Origin: Terriglobia bacterium
GTDB taxonomy: Bacteria; Acidobacteriota; Terriglobia; 20CM-2-55-15
Direction of reading: 5' to 3'
Length of the DNA stretch: 64,000 bases
Assembly (NCBI GenBank): GCA_965198225.1
Contig: CBDAOY010000006.1
Span: 997,713 to 1,061,712 of the forward strand
How positions within the stretch are numbered: the first letter of the stretch is position 1; each line of letters opens with the position of its first letter. Under the pieces are notes generated by a model. It made no database searches, was not told the origin of the DNA, and worked only from the letters and a program-made list of their open reading frames with translations. The translations under genes were made by a program, and so were the position numbers. Shown here one piece after another: positions 59,691 to 64,000 of this stretch.

Positions 59691-59782
59691 GGAGATCGGT
59701 CTCCGTCCTCGAACTACCTTGGCGGGCGAGATCGGTCTCCGTCCCCGAACTGCCTTGGCGGGCGAGATCGGTCTCCGTCCCG
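59691..59782 (-). repeat. Three tandem GGGGACGG REP copies (36-bp period)
   Basis: GAGATCGGTCTCCGTCC x3. Confidence 0.88.
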
Positions 59783-60677
59783 GTGGAGGCGTGCACGCAT
59801 CCGTCGCCGGGTCGTTGGGATCGGGCGCGTCGCCCTCCATCGCGCCGAGCATGATCGCTGCGTCCGCTACGGTCCGCGCCATCGGCCCGGCCGTGTCGTG
59901 ATCGAGGGTCACTGGCGCGATGCCCCAGCGGCTGATCCGACCCAGTGTGGGCCGTATGCCGACCAGCATGTTCCGGTTGGATGGACTGATGACCGAGCCG
60001 CCCGTGTCGGTGCCGACATTTGCCGTCCAGAAACTTGCGGCCGTGCCCACGCCCGAGCTGGAACCACCCGTACCGAGAACCGATCGGCCGTCAAAGAACC
60101 CTCCGCGGGGATCGCGTCGTGGGTCGTAGGGATTGAAGGCGAATCCGGTCAGGGAGTTGTAGTTGCCCGGCATCGGTGTGGGCGCGCCCCCCATCCAGTT
60201 CGCAAACTCCGTCAGTCCGGCTTTGGCAATGATGATCGCCCCTGCCGCGCGAAGATTCGCGGTAAGCGTGGCCTCGTAGGGAGGTACGTATCCTGCGAAA
60301 GCGAGAGCGCCCCCGGTCGTTGGCAGGTGCGTCGTCTGAATGTTGTCCTTCAGGGCAACGGGGATACCGTGCAGAGGTCCACGCACGCGGCCTTCGGCGC
60401 GCTCGCGGTCGAGCTCTTCGGCTTCCTTCAGCGCATTAGGATTGATCGAGACCGCGGCGTTCAGACGATCTTCGTACAGTGCGATCCGCGTAAGGTATTG
60501 GGCGACCAGTTCCCGCGAGGTAGCAGCTCCGCCCTCCATCGCGGCCTGGAGCTCGGGAATGCCGGCCTCGACCACGGAGATGGTCGGGAGTTGGGGCTCT
60601 TCGGCCACGCACGAGCCAAGCAGCGTGCCGAGCAGGACGACCAAAACGAATCTGGAATATCTCAGCAGGAAACGCAC
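59780..60677 (-). pseudogene. Amidase signature family protein, 3'-truncated by REP array
   Basis: LKDNI, GGSSSG, GTDTGGSV, DTAGPMARTV; sequence switches to REP-derived peptide after CTPPPG. Confidence 0.88.
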
Positions 60678-62392
60678 TTGTAGCTGTTCTTGCCCCCCAA
60701 CATTTCCAGCAGAGCGACGGTCTCGGGATAAGGCTGAACCCGCTGTCTGTAGCCGTTCGCCATGTCGACGATCGTCGTGCCGTTCTTGGAAACCGCATCG
60801 AGACGGGCGCCCTTGGACACGAGGTAGAGGATCATCTCGTTGTCCCCGCGTGCGGCGGCATTGTGGAGTGCGGTGAAGCCGCCCGAGGACCTCCGGCGTC
60901 GGTCGGGATCCGCATCCGGATCCGGCGGCGGCTCGTGGTCGGCCTCGTCCACATCGGCACCCAGCTCTTCGATCAGGTACTTGACGGCCGGCAGCCGGCC
61001 TAGCGGCGTGGTCACCTCGTCGTTCCCGTGGTAACCGGCTCCCGCGGCGGTCAGTAGAGGAGTGATTCCTGAGATGCTCGCGAGCGACGGATCGGCCCCG
61101 TGTTCCACCAGTAACCGCATCCCGTCCACGTCGCCCACCGCAGCGGCCTTCCAGAACGCAGTAATTGCCGACGCGTTGGTCCTCTCCTTCTGGGCACCGC
61201 CGGGGGCGATGTACCACAGATCCTTCTTCAGCCGGGCGTTCGGGTTAGCGCCTTTGTCCAGGATGAGTTTCATCAGGTCGAGGTAGTGCGTCTTCTCGAA
61301 CTTCGTCGTTGGCTGCGGATGGAAGGTCAGTCGCGCCCACTGGATGTTCACGACCGCGAACAGAGCCGTTGCGCCGTCCATGCTGGCAAGGTTCACGTCG
61401 GCTCCGTTCTCGACGAGGTACTTCGCGATATCGAATTGGCCGTTGATGGCCGCCAGGAGCAGCGCTGTGCTCTGGTCGGCACTGAGGGCGTCCAGGTCTG
61501 CCCCACCCTCGACCAGGACGCGGACGGCGTCGACCTTGCCGTCCCGGGCCGCGTACATCAGGGGCGTCAGCTCGCCTTTCGGGTTTCCTCCTTTGGTCGT
61601 GACGAATTCGGGCTCCTTCTTTTCCTTGTCGTTCTCGGGCTCATCGACAGCCGGCTCGACGTTTGTCGCCGCCAGCGGCGATTGGTTGGTCGTTGCCAAC
61701 GGGGGCTGGGCCTGGCTCTGGCCGGATTGGCCGCCACGGGCTCCCCGACCGCCCCCCCGCGCCTGTTGCTGCTGGTTTTGCGGGCGCCGGCGTGGCAGCG
61801 GCTTGAGGAACTTGCTTTTCTGATTGATGTCGGCACCGTGTTCGAGCAATACGGGAATCGCGTCCGGGCGGTCGAAGGCCGCCGCGAAGATCAACGGGGT
61901 CTGGCCGCGCCCCGTCTCGGCCGCGTTCACGTCCGCCCCGGCTTCGACGAGCAGCGTGACCGATTCGGCGTCACCCGAGCTTGCCGCCATCATGAGGGAA
62001 GTAACCCCACCGCTCGCGGCCTGCTTCGGATCCGCCCCCGCCTTCAGCAGGACGTCGACGACACGAGCGTGCCCGCTCCTGCTGGCCAGAAACAAGGGAG
62101 TGTAACCGCCGAGTCGGGTCGTGGCCCCCGTGTTGGCACCGGCATAGAGCAGAAGCTGGGCCAGTTCGGCATCATCGTTCAACGCCGCCCAATGCAGCGC
62201 CGTCATGCCGTCGCCCTGGGCGGAGTTGACGTCGACGGCTTCTCTCAGCAGGGAACGCACCATCTCCGAGTCGCCCGTCATCGCGGCGTCCGCTACGCGC
62301 GTGTCCGCCTGGGCCCCGACGACGATGAGCGTCGTGGCAAACAGAGGGAGCAATGCCGCCGAAGCCGTTCCGATGAAGTTCTTGCGCAACAT
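60662..62392 (-). CDS. Secreted ankyrin repeat protein
   Basis: Signal peptide; TALHWAA, TPLFLA repeats; C-terminal CVSC. Confidence 0.92.
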   Translation of the reverse strand: MLRKNFIGTASAALLPLFATTLIVVGAQADTRVADAAMTGDSEMVRSLLREAVDVNSAQGDGMTALHWAALNDDAELAQLLLYAGANTGATTRLGGYTPLFLASRSGHARVVDVLLKAGADPKQAASGGVTSLMMAASSGDAESVTLLVEAGADVNAAETGRGQTPLIFAAAFDRPDAIPVLLEHGADINQKSKFLKPLPRRRPQNQQQQARGGGRGARGGQSGQSQAQPPLATTNQSPLAATNVEPAVDEPENDKEKKEPEFVTTKGGNPKGELTPLMYAARDGKVDAVRVLVEGGADLDALSADQSTALLLAAINGQFDIAKYLVENGADVNLASMDGATALFAVVNIQWARLTFHPQPTTKFEKTHYLDLMKLILDKGANPNARLKKDLWYIAPGGAQKERTNASAITAFWKAAAVGDVDGMRLLVEHGADPSLASISGITPLLTAAGAGYHGNDEVTTPLGRLPAVKYLIEELGADVDEADHEPPPDPDADPDRRRRSSGGFTALHNAAARGDNEMILYLVSKGARLDAVSKNGTTIVDMANGYRQRVQPYPETVALLEMLGGKNSYKCVSC

Positions 62393-62407
62393 AGATCGTT
62401 CCTCCAG

Positions 62408-63790
62408 CTAGAGGTCCAGTTCTCCGGTGCTGTCGGCAAAGCTGGCCAAATCGTCGAATCCGAGCCTGTGCAGCAGGGTGAGGTACATGTTTGCCGATGG
62501 TGTTGCGTCGGGCGGGACGACGTTGAGGCCGCCTTTCAACCGGCCTCCCGCATGTCCCACCAGTATCAACGGCACCCTCTTGTGGTTGTGCAGGTTCCCA
62601 TTCCCCATCGGGGACCCATAGAGGATCAGCGCGTTGTCGAGGAGCGTGCCTTCTCCGTCGGGCGTGTTCTGGAGCTTGTCGGCGAAGTAGGCGAGCACGC
62701 TGATGTGGTAGGTGTTGATCTTGCCGAACGTCGTGATGCGCTGCGGGTTCTCGCCGTGGTGAGAAGCACCGTGGAACGAACCGTCAAACCCGCTTTCCGG
62801 GAAGGTCCGCCCGGTGGCGTCGCGGCTCAGTTTGAAGGCAGTCACACGTGTGGTATCGCTGGCGAATGCCAGAACCTGCAGGTCGAACATCAGCTTAACG
62901 TGTTCATCGAAGGAGTCAGGTACGCCGATCGGGGCGGTGGGCAGCTCCCGGGTTTCGCCGCTGGCGTTCTTGTCTTCGATCCGAGCGATCCGGCGCTCGA
63001 TCTCTCGGACGCTTTCGAGATGCTGGTCCAACCGGCTGCGATCGACCGGGCTCAGTTGCGTCTTCAGTTCCGCCACCCGATGCGTGACCCAGTCGAGAAT
63101 GCTGCGGTCGGTCTTCCGGCGGGTCGCACGCGCCTCGGGAGAACCTCCCACGCCGAACATCTGGTCGAAGACCATGCGCGGGTCGCGCAGCATCGGGAGC
63201 GGCTTCGTTGGCGTCGCCCAACTGATCGAATCGGTATACACGCAGGAGTAGCCGTACTCGCAACCACCCGCCTGGTCGACGCTCTCGATCGCCATCTGAA
63301 CGGACGGTATGGGAGTCTCCTGGCCGAACCGCTGGGCGTAGAGCTGATCGAACGACACACCGGCCCGCACGTCCGAGCTCTGCGTTTGCCGTGGATGAGC
63401 CTGCGTGAGGAACACGGAGCTCGACCGGAAATGGTCGCCGCCGATTTCCTTGACCTCCCACGCCTCGGCGCCGCGCATGTCCGTATTGCTGACGATCGTG
63501 AGGTAATCCCTCCAGGGCTCGAGCGGGAGCAGGCTGCTCGGGGTGAGATCGAAGTCGCGGCCGGCTTTGGCCGGAGACCAGAGGTTCTGCGACGCTCCCC
63601 ATCGGGTGGCGCCGGCGGAGCCATGAACCATTTCCATGCACGCCAGCCGAACGGGCGCGCCGCCCGCCGCCGTGTCCTGCTTCGGCGCCGCCATCGCGGG
63701 AGTCATCGATTCCAGGTACGGCAGGGCGAGAGCGGCGCCTATGCCCCGGAGCATCGTGCGGCGAGAAATGTGTCTCTTGGTGATGAACAT
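62408..63790 (-). CDS. DUF1552 family protein
   Basis: ISRRTMLRG..LALPYLESM, CEYGYSCVY, SISW, HGASHH. Confidence 0.92.
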   Translation of the reverse strand: MFITKRHISRRTMLRGIGAALALPYLESMTPAMAAPKQDTAAGGAPVRLACMEMVHGSAGATRWGASQNLWSPAKAGRDFDLTPSSLLPLEPWRDYLTIVSNTDMRGAEAWEVKEIGGDHFRSSSVFLTQAHPRQTQSSDVRAGVSFDQLYAQRFGQETPIPSVQMAIESVDQAGGCEYGYSCVYTDSISWATPTKPLPMLRDPRMVFDQMFGVGGSPEARATRRKTDRSILDWVTHRVAELKTQLSPVDRSRLDQHLESVREIERRIARIEDKNASGETRELPTAPIGVPDSFDEHVKLMFDLQVLAFASDTTRVTAFKLSRDATGRTFPESGFDGSFHGASHHGENPQRITTFGKINTYHISVLAYFADKLQNTPDGEGTLLDNALILYGSPMGNGNLHNHKRVPLILVGHAGGRLKGGLNVVPPDATPSANMYLTLLHRLGFDDLASFADSTGELDL

Positions 63791-64000
63791 CCTTCTTCCC
63801 CTTCGTGAATATCGATACGACGATTCCTTACGAAAGTAACTCGAATTGCTAGCCCGGATTATTCGTGGTTGTCGTCGCGAAGCGGTGGAGACGCCGCAGA
63901 GACAAGGCGCGCGACCGAGGCCCCCGGAGGCGTATATGACAATACGTCGAGGAGGCCGACCGAGCGCAACGCCGTATCTGCGAGTGTATCCGCCGCTGCA

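Noticed and set aside
59691-59782. 36-bp periodic repeats as a CRISPR array
   Set aside because: Only three units, near-identical spacers, the motif is dispersed in both orientations elsewhere, and there are no cas genes
61286-63808. 840-aa plus-strand ORF and similar long antisense ORFs (28613, 31874, 40129, 48967, 57386)
   Set aside because: Shadow ORFs opposite well-supported genes in high-GC DNA

Overview
GC-rich bacterial chromosome segment, probably Acidobacteriota (kinase-PD40, DUF1552-ankyrin and DUF4331 loci). Left third: a ~20.5 kb element (3871-24418) integrated at tRNA-fMet and bounded by a 90-bp direct repeat. Its backbone is phage-satellite-like: tyrosine integrase, excisionase-like HTH, P4/D5-type SF3 helicase, iterons and an XRE regulator, with no virion genes. 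Its cargo includes an integron-type attC cassette array with no intI in the window, carrying HEPN, peptidoglycan-binding+TIR, LamG-like and unknown cassettes. One attC core is split by a group II intron whose EBS1 matches the attC core, and a second ORF-less group II intron is nested inside it (twintron). An IS21 element without target duplication truncates the array. The remainder is housekeeping or accessory (ftsB, PGM/PMM, cutA, cystathionine lyase, ftsK, uppP, rnj, rsmA, tRNA-Glu, Prx, SSS transporter, acyl-CoA DH, CCA enzyme, class A PBP, nadX, peptidases, ECF/ChrR, TPR-DUF4331, amidase, ankyrin, DUF1552). It is peppered with at least four dispersed repeat families: GTAG REP doublets, GGGGACGG REPs around a Y1 transposase remnant, a CTAG-ended MITE with collapsed footprints, and AT-rich heptamer palindromes with variable central spacers that flank a four-helix-bundle gene and other single small genes. 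Several frameshifts may be real decay or assembly errors. All calls are from manual reading; no database searches were run.
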